DNA of 64,000 bases from Podarcis tiliguerta (GCA_965153285.1 OZ229110.1), one strand, 5' to 3'; positions 22,892-36,086 are shown, counted from the stretch's first letter. The notes: generated by a model not told the origin, from the letters alone. Made by a program: numbers and translations.

Positions 22892-23002
22892 AACTAAACG
22901 TCAAGGAGAAACCTCTCACCCACAAATTCTCCACCTTTATTGGAGAAATGCTATTCAGTTTTCCTGTACCCACTTTGCTTTAGGTGAGACAGAAATTGTT
23001 AC

Positions 23003-23193
23003 CTTGCGTAACCAGCTAGGGCAGGAGCTACTGGCAGCACTGCTGTCTGCAACTGCTTCTGTTGCACTAATCCGATCCCCCATCCCATGGTCTGCTTCCA
23101 TGGTTCCTCGGAAACCTCTGCTGGGGTCAGGGGTCTCAGAGTCCCGCTCGCTTTCCTCCTCTTCTCCTCCTTCAGCTGTAGAGCTTTGGGCCA
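23003..23193 (-). CDS. NEK9: NEK9 exon 19
   Basis: [35 protein letters not shown]...[10 protein letters not shown]|GTAACA, 191 nt. Confidence 0.93.
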
Positions 23194-24035
23194 CTAGCAG
23201 AAATGGGTAGAGTATTAAAATCCTTAAATATTTCCCTTGTTCGCTCAGGAGCATTTTCAGCCTTGGGAATGCAGGTCTTGTCAGACCTCAGAATGGTGAT
23301 GCAAAAAGAAGATAATCCAACAGTAAACAACATATGAGACTCAGGTACATCAGCTCACATAGGATCCTGGGCATTTTCAGAACATACACTCCCCCCCAAA
23401 GGTTTGGAATTATTTTTTACTAGACACACAATTTTGGGCAATTGTAATAAATTATACTAATGTCCATACACTGGTTGTGGGGGGCGTGGAGGGGGAAAGA
23501 AACTAATTCACTGGGGACTTACAGTAGCTTACGCTGAGCCAAAAGTTACCACTTTATGGAAATGCAGACCCCTTAGATTTTTGTGATAGATAAACCTACT
23601 ATATATTATCAGACATTTGTCTACAAACCATTATTATTTCAAATGTAATAGGAAGAGACTTATTTTATCAACCCTGTGCCTCTTCCCCAACTTTAACTTT
23701 CACCATCTTTTTCTTTTCTGGCAATACCACTTATCCATCTTCTTAGACTAGTTCTCCCATCTACTGATTCAACCAGGTGGGCCGAACCAGGTTAGTCAAA
23801 GAAAAGAACCTTTGTGCTCTCCGATGTATGAAATGGGGGGAAAGAATAAGCTACAAAAATAGAATAATCTACCAGAGGAGTTTTAAAAAAGAAACGGATG
23901 GGCTAGGTCAAGATGAGGTTTTCAGATAGGAATGAAGGTACACTGAGTCAGCCCATTTGGTCCATCAAGCAGCAGGCAAGATGGCCTGAGAGCTACATGC
24001 AGCCATTGAGGCCTCTTTGGTGGCTCTTGGCAACA

Positions 24036-24036
<1 letters not shown>

Positions 24037-24079
<43 letters not shown>

Positions 24080-24085
24080 AGACAC
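24037..24085. repeat. (CA)n microsatellite with CACAGA tail
   Basis: Directly visible. Confidence 0.95.
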
Positions 24086-24249
24086 TGCCCAGCCCGCATG
24101 CTGCCTTCCCAAAGCCGAGTAAGCAAGGCACTGGGCTTGGAAGGAGGCATGAGGGCTCTGACAGGGTCCTACAGTCCTCCCACCTCCTTCCTAAAGCCTA
24201 GTTGGTGTTTTCCCAGCTTTGGCCTATTATTAAAAGCCTGATTACTTAC

Positions 24250-24312
24250 CAGTCCCAATTGAGAGGCCACTGCTACTGGAGCGGAGGATGGTTTTAGAAT
24301 TTATAACTTTTT
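24250..24312 (-). CDS. NEK9: NEK9 exon 18
   Basis: EKVINSKTILRSSSSGLSIGT|GTAAGT, 63 nt. Confidence 0.92.
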
Positions 24313-24492
24313 CTGGAGAGAAAGTAGGAAAATTTTCTCAGATGAAGATTCCAAAAACATGCTGATCTATTTCCTTAGAAAGGTTATCGCCTACTCTTCC
24401 AGTGAACTTGTTAACATTTTACATTTCCCTTATGATTAGAGAAGACAAGTATTCCTGAGTAGGCTCCTGTTTCCCAACTTTTTAATACTCAC

Positions 24493-24663
24493 CAACAATT
24501 ATGATGGTGTGCCAGCCGCGGCAAGATAAATCTGGGACGTAATGCAGGGAACCAAAAATGGGCCGAGGCCATGATGTACAAATATCAGAACTATGAGCCC
24601 TTTCTGTTGGTGTCATTGCTAAACGGCCATTTCCACCATTACCCCAGGCAAAGATATGGTTAT
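24493..24663 (-). CDS. NEK9: NEK9 exon 17 (RCC1 repeats)
   Basis: [57 protein letters not shown]|GTGAGT, 171 nt. Confidence 0.95.
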
Positions 24664-25761
24664 CTGGGGAAGAGAAAAGTGTTATTAGTCTCAAGTCAAA
24701 CACTCCAAACTGCCTTTCAAGGATTCCTATACAGCTGCATTTCATTCCACTCAAATGGCTCACCTTTAGTTGAAATTTTAATAATGCAGTCTAGAAGAAC
24801 ACCATAAGACAGTGGTTGAGAACCTATTTTCCGCGAGGGGCCAGACTGGCACTTGCCCAGTATTCTGGGAGTGTCATTCCAATGGTGGGTGGGTGGAAGA
24901 ACTCCTCAGAAAAGACAAATGCATGTACCTCTAATCCCCCACTGAAACACATACACCAGACACCTCTCAACTTCTCACATACATGTACATACATGCAGTA
25001 ATATACTCATACAGGCACTCTCACACCAGGTACGCATGCATGCACATACACTCAGCATTTCTAACTATCTCCACTCCAGTTCTTGGAAGGGGTGGCTGTA
25101 AGATCCCTCTGCCTTAATTTACCAGAAGATCATGGATTTTATCACCCTTTGTTAGTGCTAAGAACCACAGCACTAAGGCTGTAGATAGGCTCTCTACTTG
25201 TTCTTTAGAGAAAGAGCAGACAGATGGTTTATCTCCAATCTTGGATATATGTTGTTTTGCACAAAGATATGAAGATAAAGATCAGGCAGAGCTATTTCTT
25301 AACAGTAAAAGACAGAAGGCAGCATTTCTACCCTCACCCCAGCATTACAGCGGCAGAAAAGGGAAAGACTGCCTTTTATTGTCAATGAGTAGCCAGAGGG
25401 CTTATCTCCAATCTTAGTGCTGTAGTGCTTAGAATGAAGATTAGATATCACTTTTACTGCCTCACACCTGACATCACAGGTCATCGGATGTTTGACAGGT
25501 GCGCGTGGCTTGCACAAAACAGCTTGGCAAACCAAAGGGAGAGGTCTGGCAGGTCTACTTAGGCCAGAGGTTCCCAACCACCAGCATACGGCACTCCTGC
25601 AGGAACATTATGTTTTGTGTTGCTTTACTACCATTATTGCTAGACAGCAAAGTTCCTCTCCTCTAATGCAAATCAGTCGGGATGTTATTCTCCTCCAGTA
25701 TTGCAGGTAGCCACCCTTGGCCCTCTGCAGATGCTGCTTACAAAAAATCATGGCCAACTCA

Positions 25762-25980
<219 letters not shown>

Positions 25981-26446
25981 TCAGTGGCTAAGCTCTACTG
26001 GAGAACCAGACAGGCTTCCTCTTTATCTGATAGTTGGGTTTGCTACATCACTGGTAATTTTCAGGTTTCAGATTTTTTTACTAATGTGGAAGAAAGAAAC
26101 TAATTTCAAAGTCAGCATTGGTCCTGTTCAATAAACCTCGAATACTTTGTAAAGCTTAAATTTTGAAACAGCAGATTTAAAATACAGTGCTAAATGCAAG
26201 GGTGCACTAATTTTAACAAGTATGTACTTTATTAATTTACAATGTTTTCCGGTTGCAAACGGATCTATGTTCGCGAGGGATGTGATGAACAGATTCTGAT
26301 GTTGAAACATACTTTAATTCCACTCTTCAACACTCAATCCATTACCCTGGTTATTTGTTTGGGCCATTAAGCACCCCCCACCCCAAGTATTTTACAGATT
26401 TTATTTTGTAAGAATACAATACAGTTAGAATGGGATTAGATCTCAC

Positions 26447-26555
26447 CATCTATGGCAGCTGTGTGTGTCTTTCCTGGGGCAATGGTGCGAACTTTGTAGA
26501 AGGAGAGTTTCTTGGCCAAAGTGAAGCAGGTGGTGTATGGAATTTCTTGGTAAGC
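26447..26555 (-). CDS. NEK9: NEK9 exon 15
   Basis: [36 protein letters not shown], 109 nt. Confidence 0.95.
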
Positions 26556-26922
26556 CTAAGGGAAGAGAGCAGAAAGTCCAACAAATCTATCCATGTGGTG
26601 CTTCACTAAGCCATAGTATCATACAAGACCTTCCAAAGCAAACCATTTTTGCCTAGATCAAATTCTATTTTCTTGTACAGACTGCTCAAATACACCCAAC
26701 CTGTAGCTGAATGTACCACACAAAACCGAAAGCAGCCTACTGCCAAGCGTGGTATATCACATTAGTTTTTCTTTTCCTTCTAAGGCTCCAACCTAGTACT
26801 CAATAAATATGTTATGTTTCATTTATTAATGATTATTGAAAATAAATTCGTTTTTATTAATAGATACGTGTTTGCTACTTTCAGAGCTTTATTTCCGACA
26901 CAATTTGAAAACTACTACTCAC

Positions 26923-27078
26923 ATCGTGATTAATGATCCCTGAAGTGCATTGGTTCAGGCCCAGTTTGTTGAACTCATTCAGACCGCAAGCCAAAACCTT
27001 GCCTGCCTGTGTGAGTAGGAAGGTTCCATCACTGCCACACTGGACTGAAACAATATTGGAAGTCTTCTGAATTTCTAC
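26923..27078 (-). CDS. NEK9: NEK9 exon 14
   Basis: [52 protein letters not shown], 156 nt. Confidence 0.95.
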
Positions 27079-27627
27079 CTATAGAGGAGAAGCATGATAC
27101 ATCCTTGCAACAGAGTACTGCAGAGTCACCAAGTAAGAGAAATTTTAGTTCAATAGCAGAGTAGATGCTTTGAATGTACGAAGTCCCAATGCAATCCTTA
27201 GGACCTCCACTTTAAAAAAAGGATGAAGTAGCAGGTGACATGAAAGACCTCTGCTTAAAACCTTGGAGACCTGCTGATAGCAAGAGTAAATAATTGGACA
27301 AATACTCCGACCTGGTTTGATAAGGCTCCTATGTTCCTAAGTGAAGACCAAATATAATAATATCTGGACTAGGTAAAAAGGAGATCCAGCACCAAGGGGC
27401 TTCTGGTGGTTCCCTTGCTGCAAGAAGTGAAGCAACAGGGAACCAGGCAGGGTGCCTCCTCAGCAGTGGTGCCAGAGTTAGAAACTGAGGTATGAAAGTT
27501 GGAGCTAAATGGAACCATAAACCTACACAACAGCAGAATGTCTAGGGGCTTTTATAACAAGAATACAAAGATGTAAATGAATGAACTGAAACTAAAATAT
27601 TATGCTCATTTTTCACATGGTCTAGTC

Positions 27628-27892
27628 CAGGGGTTGGCAAGGCTTACTTCGCCTGGGCCAGTTCACTCCCACTGAGATCGCTCCGGGGACCGGATTGCGT
27701 CTGCGGAGATGCAATTTCTGGCATCTGCACATGTGCAGACATGATTTCTGGCGCCGTGGAAGCGAGTCCTTGCTCCATGCTGCGCAGGTTTAGCACAGCA
27801 TGCGGGGACTCACCGAGCGGGCGGCTCGTGGGCCGTTTAAACAACCCCCGTGGGCCGCTTGTGGCCCGTGGGCCGCAGGTTGCCGACCCCTG
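27628..27892. mobile_element. hAT-Charlie-type MITE with perfect 8-bp TSD
   Basis: GTCTAGTC|CAGGGGTTGGCAA...TTGCCGACCCCTG|GTCTAGTC. CpG-rich, suggesting a young copy. Confidence 0.9.
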
Positions 27893-28234
27893 GTCTAGTC
27901 CTTCCCCTTCCCACCTCCCTAATATTCTTAAGAGGGTCTCTTCTCCAGTCTTCAGAGAGTAGCTGGAAGTGGGGAGGCAGAAAAGGTCCTCCTTTTCTTC
28001 CACTCTGCAGTTTTAGTCTGAAATCTTTAATCTGAAATCTGAAATAAGAAGCGATCTTAGAATTATTTTCTTCCACCAGCTTATCCCTATTAATTATTGA
28101 ACTGTACTAAATTTGTGGTCTTAAAATTGTTATAGCTTTAGAAAACTGTCTTAAGAGAGGACATACCCCACAACAGAGCCACAGTGGACCTGTGTGAAGC
28201 CCATAAAGTATGGCAAAAGTCTAGTCCGTTTTAC

Positions 28235-28281
28235 CTTCTGTGGGAGGCAGTGATCCTCTTCTGAATCCAAACCTAAGCGAC
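28235..28281 (-). CDS. NEK9: NEK9 exon 13
   Basis: GRLGLDSEEDHCLPQK, 47 nt. Confidence 0.93.
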
Positions 28282-28328
28282 CTGCATTTGAGTAGAGACA
28301 ATAATGAGAAATTCCCTAGTGCTGAAGG

Positions 28329-28495
28329 TAGTGCCATAGCTGGTGGGGGGGGGGGGAGGAATTGAGGGGTTTGCCCCAAGTGAAGCATCCAGAGGGGCGC
28401 CATTGAGGCTCCAAGCCTGTGTACACAATGCAGGGGTGTGTGTGTGCCAAACTGGATCTTTGACCTGGGTGAAGTAAAGCCTAGTTTCGCCCCTG
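28329..28495. mobile_element. hAT-type MITE with 8-bp TSD
   Basis: GCTGAAGG duplicated at 28321-28328 and 28496-28503. Degenerate TIRs TAGTGCCATAGCT / AGTTTCGCCCCTG. Confidence 0.7.
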
Positions 28496-28895
28496 GCTGA
28501 AGGACACTATTACAGATAATGACTTTCAGATTTAAAGCAGGAAACAGGGCTGCCTCATTTCTCATGCTCACAGATCCAACATCATAGATATGACCATCCA
28601 TCTTTCCAGAATGAAGGATCCCAATTTAATCTGATGTCTTTCATAACAGTAAAAGTTAGATCTGTCACTGGTCAGTTACCAAAACAATTGCCTGTGATTA
28701 TACTGTAGTTACATTTTTGTTTCACACAAAAATTATACCGTTTGATTTTAAGAAAACCTCTAAGTGGTTCACAACCATATAAAATGAAACTTAAGAAGGA
28801 GCATGCATGTTTTTCCTTCGAATGACTCTTATTGTGTGCATTTTGCCTCAGTCTCTACTGCCAATATTAGAGACTGCAGATAGAAAGCCACATAC

Positions 28896-29096
28896 CGTAT
28901 TCTCCACAGCCCCATGTGTAGACCTCTCGGTTTCGGGTCAGCACAGCCACATGGTTATCTCCACAAGAAACCTGCTCCACCGGGTTGCTGAGGAACACAG
29001 TCAGCTGCCTGGGCTCCAAAACCTCAGAACCAAATGCCTTGGAAACACCTATACAGCCATAGTAGTCTGAGCCGAAGGCAAAGGCTTGACCCTCAT
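28896..29096 (-). CDS. NEK9: NEK9 exon 12
   Basis: [18 protein letters not shown]...[28 protein letters not shown], 201 nt. Confidence 0.95.
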
Positions 29097-29661
29097 CTAC
29101 ATGAAAGGAAGGGACAAATGAGTAAGATAGAGATTCTGACTCCTTCAAACACAGGGAAACCAGACTACTATGTTATCTAATTATCTAGATCAAGCTGGGT
29201 CAATTACATGCTTGGACTAATGTGCCCTGCATCCACTAAATGTTATCTACACTGTGTATGCATATCACAGAGGGCACCATGCAGAATCTTTTTTGACTGT
29301 GAAACATATTTTCTTCCCCATCTTTTTGTGGTTTGTTGTATTGGTTTTATGCTGTGATATACAAATGTTTAAAACAACATAAAATAAATATTGATCTTGG
29401 GAAGCTGCACTAATTCCAGAGCAGCAGTACAGCAATTCCCTGTATTTACCTATGCCATAATATTTCATGCTCTCTTGCCAGAAAAAGGTCATTTTCTCTT
29501 TCAGCCAATACATATGTTATTTGCTTATTTATCCATTAAATTTATGCATCACCCTTCATCCAAGGACCACAGGGTGGTTTACAACATATTTAACAAAAAC
29601 AAGATAGCATTTGAGTTCTTCCACACCATTTATCTGCTGGTACATTTTACCTGTCTCTTAC

Positions 29662-29806
29662 CTGTAATGCAGATAGTAAAGTCATCTCCACAAGACACTT
29701 GGCGAATGGCTTTGCCCTGCAGTTTTTCCACATGCTTAGGCTGCCGATAGGAGGCTTTGTCTCCATGTCCCAGTTGGCCATGCAACTTGGTGCCCCCTTG
29801 CATGTT
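29662..29806 (-). CDS. NEK9: NEK9 exon 11
   Basis: [48 protein letters not shown], 145 nt. Confidence 0.95.
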
Positions 29807-30155
29807 CTGTAATATGCAGAAGCATGGTAAAGGATGCATCCTGGGAACTCCAAGGAGCATTATTAGCAAGTCTGATGTGAAGGAACCAAGTAACAAACTA
29901 TATATGCTTCAACTGGGATCCTGAGAGACCCATGTACACCTTCATGCACACACTGGGGAGAGTGCCCTATTTTTCTTTCAGCAACAGCCTCTCACATGTT
30001 ATAGGGTGTTGCTGCACTTGTCTGAACCTTTGGGGCATTTTCTTGGAGGTGAAATAACTGCTGCCATATACAGAAAGCAAAACAAACAAACAAACAAAAA
30101 CCCTGTGCATGTTTTAGACCTTGAACTTAAACAGCATAAACTCTTGAATGGGGAG

Positions 30156-30533
30156 TGTTGGGATACTGCCAGGGAGGCATCAGCCATCAAGGCCCCATGT
30201 CGATTCCGGATGATCCACCGATCTCCCGTAGACACGCAGTATCATTCAATTAGCGACACGAGCTCCAGAAATAGCTTGCCACATTCCAGAGCTGGTGCAC
30301 GCTCTATCAGCAGAATTCGCACAGCGAAAGATGCACTCAGGAGAGCATTATTTACAAGTTTATTCAGCGTTGGTCAGAACAATGAAAACATGACTGCCTG
30401 CGTTGATGTCTCAGGCACAGAGGGAGAAACGAAAGCATAGACAAAACATAAACTTCCTGTGAACAGGAAATACGCAGACTCTGTGACTCACAAAGCCTGC
30501 TCCCTTTTAAGGTGGAACGGAAATATCCTAACA
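30156..30533 (-). mobile_element. Solo LTR (378 bp) with 5-bp TSD
   Basis: GGGAG|TGTTGGGATA...TATCCTAACA|GGGAG: TG...CA ends with a short inverted repeat. AATAAA on the minus strand at 30359-30364. Confidence 0.85.
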
Positions 30534-30702
30534 GGGAGTAACACCTCTTACAACTTTTCGCAACTTATTAACTAGGAATATCCAACTATACTGACAATCA
30601 GTAATGATGCAACACCTTAAATATGACTCATGCAAGATCCATTCTGCACTGCCTTCATACATTATCCAAGTTTCCAAAGTACTTTTCATACAATTCACTT
30701 AC

Positions 30703-30895
30703 CACCCAAGTATAGAGCTCCTTTTCCACTGTAACCACTGCAAAATGGGTGTTTCCTGCACAGACCTGTCGTGCACTGCAGCCACTTTTAATGGCATCCA
30801 GCTTCTGAGGGGATGACTTCCCACCCCCCCAGACATATACTTCACTCGTGCGTGATGTCACCACAGCAATAGGAGCCTCGTTCATGGTGCTTGTT
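30703..30895 (-). CDS. NEK9: NEK9 exon 10
   Basis: [64 protein letters not shown], 193 nt. Confidence 0.95.
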
Positions 30896-31417
30896 CTGTA
30901 AAACATGAGGTCAATAGGGGAGTTATGAAGAGTCATTGGTGTTAGCATGAGTTGCTTTAGAAGCCCTGAAATAGAAGACAAGCTGGAAGAAAATTAAATT
31001 CCTAGGTTCCAGGCAGAAACATTTTATATAAGCCTTAGTGGTACTTGTGTTGTTCAGAAGCCACATAAACAGCATTAGGAATTTAAAGGTAGGGAACCTA
31101 GGGATAGATAAACAAAGGTTGAAGAAGATTACTCCAATCTGCATACAAATAAAGATCAGAATCCAATTTGATGACTCGAGCAAGGCTTTTGAATTTCCAG
31201 AAACAGTGGCATGAGCAAGCTTCAGTTAAAAATTGGAAAAAAAATATACAAACTCTTCAGCAACTTTGTTTAGAACATCAACATTTTGTTACACACAAAT
31301 TTACAGCATTCCATGAAGGATAATCTTCCATGGCAAATGGCTTTTATCTTAAGAAGAAAAAAACGTAGTAATATCAGCAATGCAGTATTTTTAAGTGCAG
31401 TTTGGTGTCAAGTCAAT

Positions 31418-31610
31418 AGGTGGCATACAACTAAACAGTTCTGCTAGCTGCGCACAAGGACTTTTAGCTGCACAATGGAATTTCCCCACCTTCTCCTTAT
31501 GCACCCCCTGAACAGATTTAAGTGTCACAACAGGAAGAGTTGTGGGCAGGTAAGTTCCACTGTGCAGCTAGCTCCTTGCATTAGCAGAACTGCTTAGTTG
31601 GATGCTGCCC
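31418..31610. mobile_element. Palindromic MITE (PIF/Harbinger-like)
   Basis: Long imperfect inverted ends GGTGGCATACAACTAAACAGTTCTGCTAG / TTAGCAGAACTGCTTAGTTGGATGCTGCCC. A relative lies at about 34567-34769. Confidence 0.55.
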
Positions 31611-31881
31611 AATTCAAATCTGTAGGGAAGAATGGGCACAGTTTACAACAAGAGTGGAAGCTGCCTTCTTCCCTTTTGGAACTCAAGGCAGTGTACACAT
31701 TGTACCCAGGTAGTCTCCCATCTAGGTGCAGACCAGACTCAGACCCGCTTAGCTTCAGCAAGGTGGTAGCCTCATGCATTAGCTAGAAGAAAACACTGAA
31801 AGTGTGAAGCAATCAAGTAAGGGTGAGTACATCTAGGGACCTATTTCCTTTAATTCCGCTGTACAACACACACTCCATTAC

Positions 31882-31932
31882 CTTGGTCGTTTGTTTGGGC
31901 CATTAAGCAGCACAACTTTCTCTTCCATCTCC
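31882..31932 (-). CDS. NEK9: NEK9 exon 9
   Basis: EMEEKVVLLNGPNKRPR, 51 nt, donor AAG|GTAATG. Confidence 0.93.
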
Positions 31933-32236
31933 CTGCCATGAAGAAAAAAAAAGCAATAAGAAGAATAGCAACCATCTGTTATTACAGCACTTCTAACAGG
32001 GGATTCCAACAGGCTTAACAGACACTAAATGCCATGCAGAAGAATCCTACCTAATCCTACTAGATGGCCCTCAGGGTCCCTTCCAATGCTATGATTCTAA
32101 GATGTGCCTCATCAGTCAATGGCCAAAGTGAATGAATGTGGGAAGCATTGACATGGCTAGTAGGCTGTACAAGATTCTGTAGCTCTCTCCCAAACAACAT
32201 GGCCTGTTCATGTCCAAGGAATGTACAACTCTTTAC

Positions 32237-32301
32237 CTCCTGTGCTTGCTGATAAGGGGACTCTCAAGCAGCTCATCAGCAGTCGGCCTCTTCTCAGGAT
32301 C
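32237..32301 (-). CDS. NEK9: NEK9 exon 8
   Basis: DPEKRPTADELLESPLISKHRR, 65 nt. Confidence 0.94.
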
Positions 32302-32689
32302 CTGAAAGAGGTGAGTGACAGGTCACTCCCTAAGGAAAGGGATCATTTTTCAACAATTAAGTCTCAGGGCAGATTAACTAACCACATTCTTATGGTCTTT
32401 ACCCATTTCCCCAATACACAGAGAATCAAAGGAATATTAAAGTTAGCAGAAAGTGTCAAGTTAAAGGCCACTGTAGATTCTTCAATTCAAATACAAAGGT
32501 ATTTTAACAGTTTCTAAGCTGCTGCAGATCTTGGGCAGCCAAGAACACACATTCTGCAGAGCCCATACACAAGGATGCCCAGAAACTTACATATCCAGTC
32601 TTGTAATTAATACAAGGCATTTACCCCACTTTCCTCTGAAGTTGTGTCACTGAGGCAGCAAAGTTGAAAGAAAATTGTATCTCACCAAC

Positions 32690-32800
32690 CTGATCAAGGC
32701 AGGAGTGGACCATGTGGATTAGGTCCAGAGAATAAACACTGGAATCTACCTCCATTGCTCGGTTCCCTTGCACAATCTTCAGACAGAGGTTCAAGGGATT
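32690..32800 (-). CDS. NEK9: NEK9 exon 7
   Basis: [37 protein letters not shown], 111 nt. Confidence 0.95.
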
Positions 32801-32918
32801 CTAGAAAGGAAATAGTGTGATCATTCAAGTGCATGTGGAGAACCTGTTTAAGAAGATGTCCTGTGGATCTGCATTATATTCCCTCTCTCTTTGATTGTTT
32901 CAGATGTTACGTACTATT

Positions 32919-33105
32919 GGAACATAGCTCAGTGGCAGAACATTTGCTTTTCATGCAAAAAGTTCTAGATTCAATTCGAGCATCTCCAGGTAAGGCTGGA
33001 AGAGACTCCTACCTGAAACCCTAGACAACCACTTTCAGGCAGTGTAGAAATACCAAGCCACATATAGCAACTTTATGATTCAGTAGAAGACAGCTTCCTA
33101 TGCAC
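32919..33105 (+). mobile_element. tRNA-Ala-headed SINE with CR1-like tail
   Basis: CATAGCTCAGTGGCAGAACATTTGCTTTTCATGCAAAAAGTTCTAGATTCAATTC (A/B boxes)...CAGCTTCCTATG. Confidence 0.7.
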
Positions 33106-33378
33106 ATTCTAGATAGACTCAGAACATCAGCAAGGGACAATTTACTGGGTGATATCCAAGTAAGTCATATTCAGAACCACTTAAATCAATGGACTTGTTA
33201 TTTGGGTCCATCAATTTCAGGGGGTCTAATTCAAGCATGATAATCATCCCTGAAAAGGAGATACCCAACTGACCTACAGCTCTCACTGTAACACATTCTT
33301 CACAACTGGGGGTTCCCTCTCGCTCTCTCAAGCACACACAGAACATTAAAAATGACTAAAGGAAATTATGTAGCGTTA

Positions 33379-33534
<156 letters not shown>

Positions 33535-34173
33535 CTACACAAAAGAGCAAAAATGTTAGAGATAGTCTGCCCAACTCCTTGATACCAGTGGATCAGACAC
33601 GGTTCACTGTTTTCCCTGCAAGTGCTAATTTCTAGCCATTTTATATAAGAACACCCATCTCCCAAACATGCTTATATTGTGTTTCAGCATGCAAAGTAAA
33701 AATTTAACTACTGGATTATAAGACATCTTCTATTCTGTTCTGGGCTGGCCCAAGACTGTTTTGCCACTAAAGGCAGAACAGAAAATGCCACTCCAACCCT
33801 CCCACTGCCTCTGCTGCACACCCTCCGCCTGCATGCCCACGCCACCTGCTTCTGGGTGACAAACAGGTGCACCAGCAACAGCAAGACTGCATGGCTGTGG
33901 GCATGCAGAGGAGAAAGAGGCAGTAGTGGTAACTTACAAGCATGCTCCACGGAGGCTGGATCTGCTGCCCTTCCCAACTGAAGGGTTGCAAATCTGAATG
34001 AATACATATTTGCTGATGGCAGGTTACAAAGTAACAGGACATATTTCTAACAAGACAATTCAGAAGTGGAGTAGGAAAAGAAGCAAACAGCATTAAGTGG
34101 CATCAAAGGACCCCAAGCTCCTGATTTGCGCACAAAATCCCAGACATTAGTCTATCAAAACATTAAAGTTTCA

Positions 34174-34365
<192 letters not shown>

Positions 34366-35030
34366 CTATTAATGTTACTGTGAAAGGATTTAACTCATTC
34401 ATCTCCACACCTGATGTCACAGATTTTCGTAGCCCTACAACAACTGGTGGTACCAAGGTTGAGGAAGACTGCACTAGGGTATTAAGTTATCTGTAGTATA
34501 GGAAATCCAATTTCTGTGCTAAGAAGAGTGAAGCAAATCAGATTGCTTCCCTTTACTCTACTTTTAGGATGATGTCCAATGCACTTGTTCCATTAGCACA
34601 AGGATTTCCATTTGCGTAACAGAACTCCCTGCCCCACACATGCACCCAGTGCCCTCCCCAATCTGCTCCAGTGGGTTGGAGGAACCCACAGATTTAGGGA
34701 GCATGTGGGAGGCTCACAGGGACAGCTGGGGAAGTTTCACTGATAGAACAAGCATATTTAATACCGCCCACAATTTGTTATGATAAATATTTATTCCCTG
34801 TCATCATATCAAATGCCCTTGGAATAAAATACCAAGTAAAATAAAATGCTGTTAGTAAAATATTTAAAAATAACAACAATTTAAAAAGGAACCACTGTAG
34901 ATGCTCAAAAAATGCAGCAAGGGAAAAACTAAAATGATATTTGCAGCAGCAGGCTATCAATACTCTCAAGCATGTTTTATATTCAGGCACTAGGCCACAA
35001 GTTAGCCCAAGCTTCATTAATCACATCTAC

Positions 35031-35101
35031 CTGTGAAGGATTCCTTCCCTGTGGATGCAGCTCACTGCTGATGCAATCTGAAATAGGTACCACACTACCA
35101 T
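35031..35101 (-). CDS. NEK9: NEK9 exon 4
   Basis: [24 protein letters not shown], 71 nt. Confidence 0.95.
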
Positions 35102-35852
35102 CTGCAAAGAAAGAGAGTTCACACGGGAAACACTTCAGGAAGTTTATTTTAGAAAGATAATTTTATTATTCCAATATGAACAACTCAGTGTTGAGGTCTT
35201 TTTCAAGGTGTAATCTTTCCAGGATAACATGGTCTCCATGGTGTAAGATGACAAGTACTTGTCACTTCATGATATAGTTTATGCCAGCAATTGAAAATGT
35301 TTAATTGTAAAGGCTATTGCCAGAATCTGTCAGTTACAGACACTTGTTATATGCTTTTGAGTTTAGTTTCAGCTTTTTAAATTGTTTTAATATGATGGTT
35401 TTTAAAATGCTTTAAATCATTTTGAGCACTAATTCCAGATGCACTTACTTAGCCCAACTGAATACTCACTACTGGGACTTACTACTGAATAAACATGCAA
35501 AGTATTGCACTGTCAACTGTTGTAAAGATGACTAACAAATTTATAAATAAAAAAAATAAAAAATCAGTAATTGCATGTATTATTCTACTTACCAAATTTA
35601 ACAATTAGATTAAAGATATTGAAGAATATAAATACCTTTGTTCCTTTTAAAAAATATAGATTCTAAGCATACTGGCAGGAATAACCAGTTTCTACATTAG
35701 AGTTGCTATCCTATGATTTGCTGTGTAATTGTAGTCATGCAGATTCTTAAATCTCTTAATAATAAGCCAAGGGCAACTTACAGAAAACTAGTAATAGTAG
35801 CTAACTAGTAATAATAGCTAACCACAGTTATATCTAAGGCTGCAATCCTATA

Positions 35853-36086
35853 CAGTAGTACCTCTGGATGCAAACGGGATCTATTCCGGAGCCCCGTTCG
35901 CATCCTGAGTAGAACGTAACACGCGACTGCGCGTCTGCGCATGCGAGGATCGCGTTTCACTGCTTCCGCACATGCACGTGATGTCATTTTGAGACTGCGC
36001 TTGCGCAAGCAACGAAACCCAGAAGTAACGCAGAGTGTAACCTGAAAACGCTCAACCTGAAGCATATTTAACCCGAGGTATGACTG
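35853..36086. mobile_element. pogo/Tigger-type MITE nested in an older palindromic element
   Basis: TA|CAGTAGTACCTC...GAGGTATGACTG|TA. The flanks rejoin as GCTGCAATCCTATA..TACTTACCTGG..GTAAG. Confidence 0.8.
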
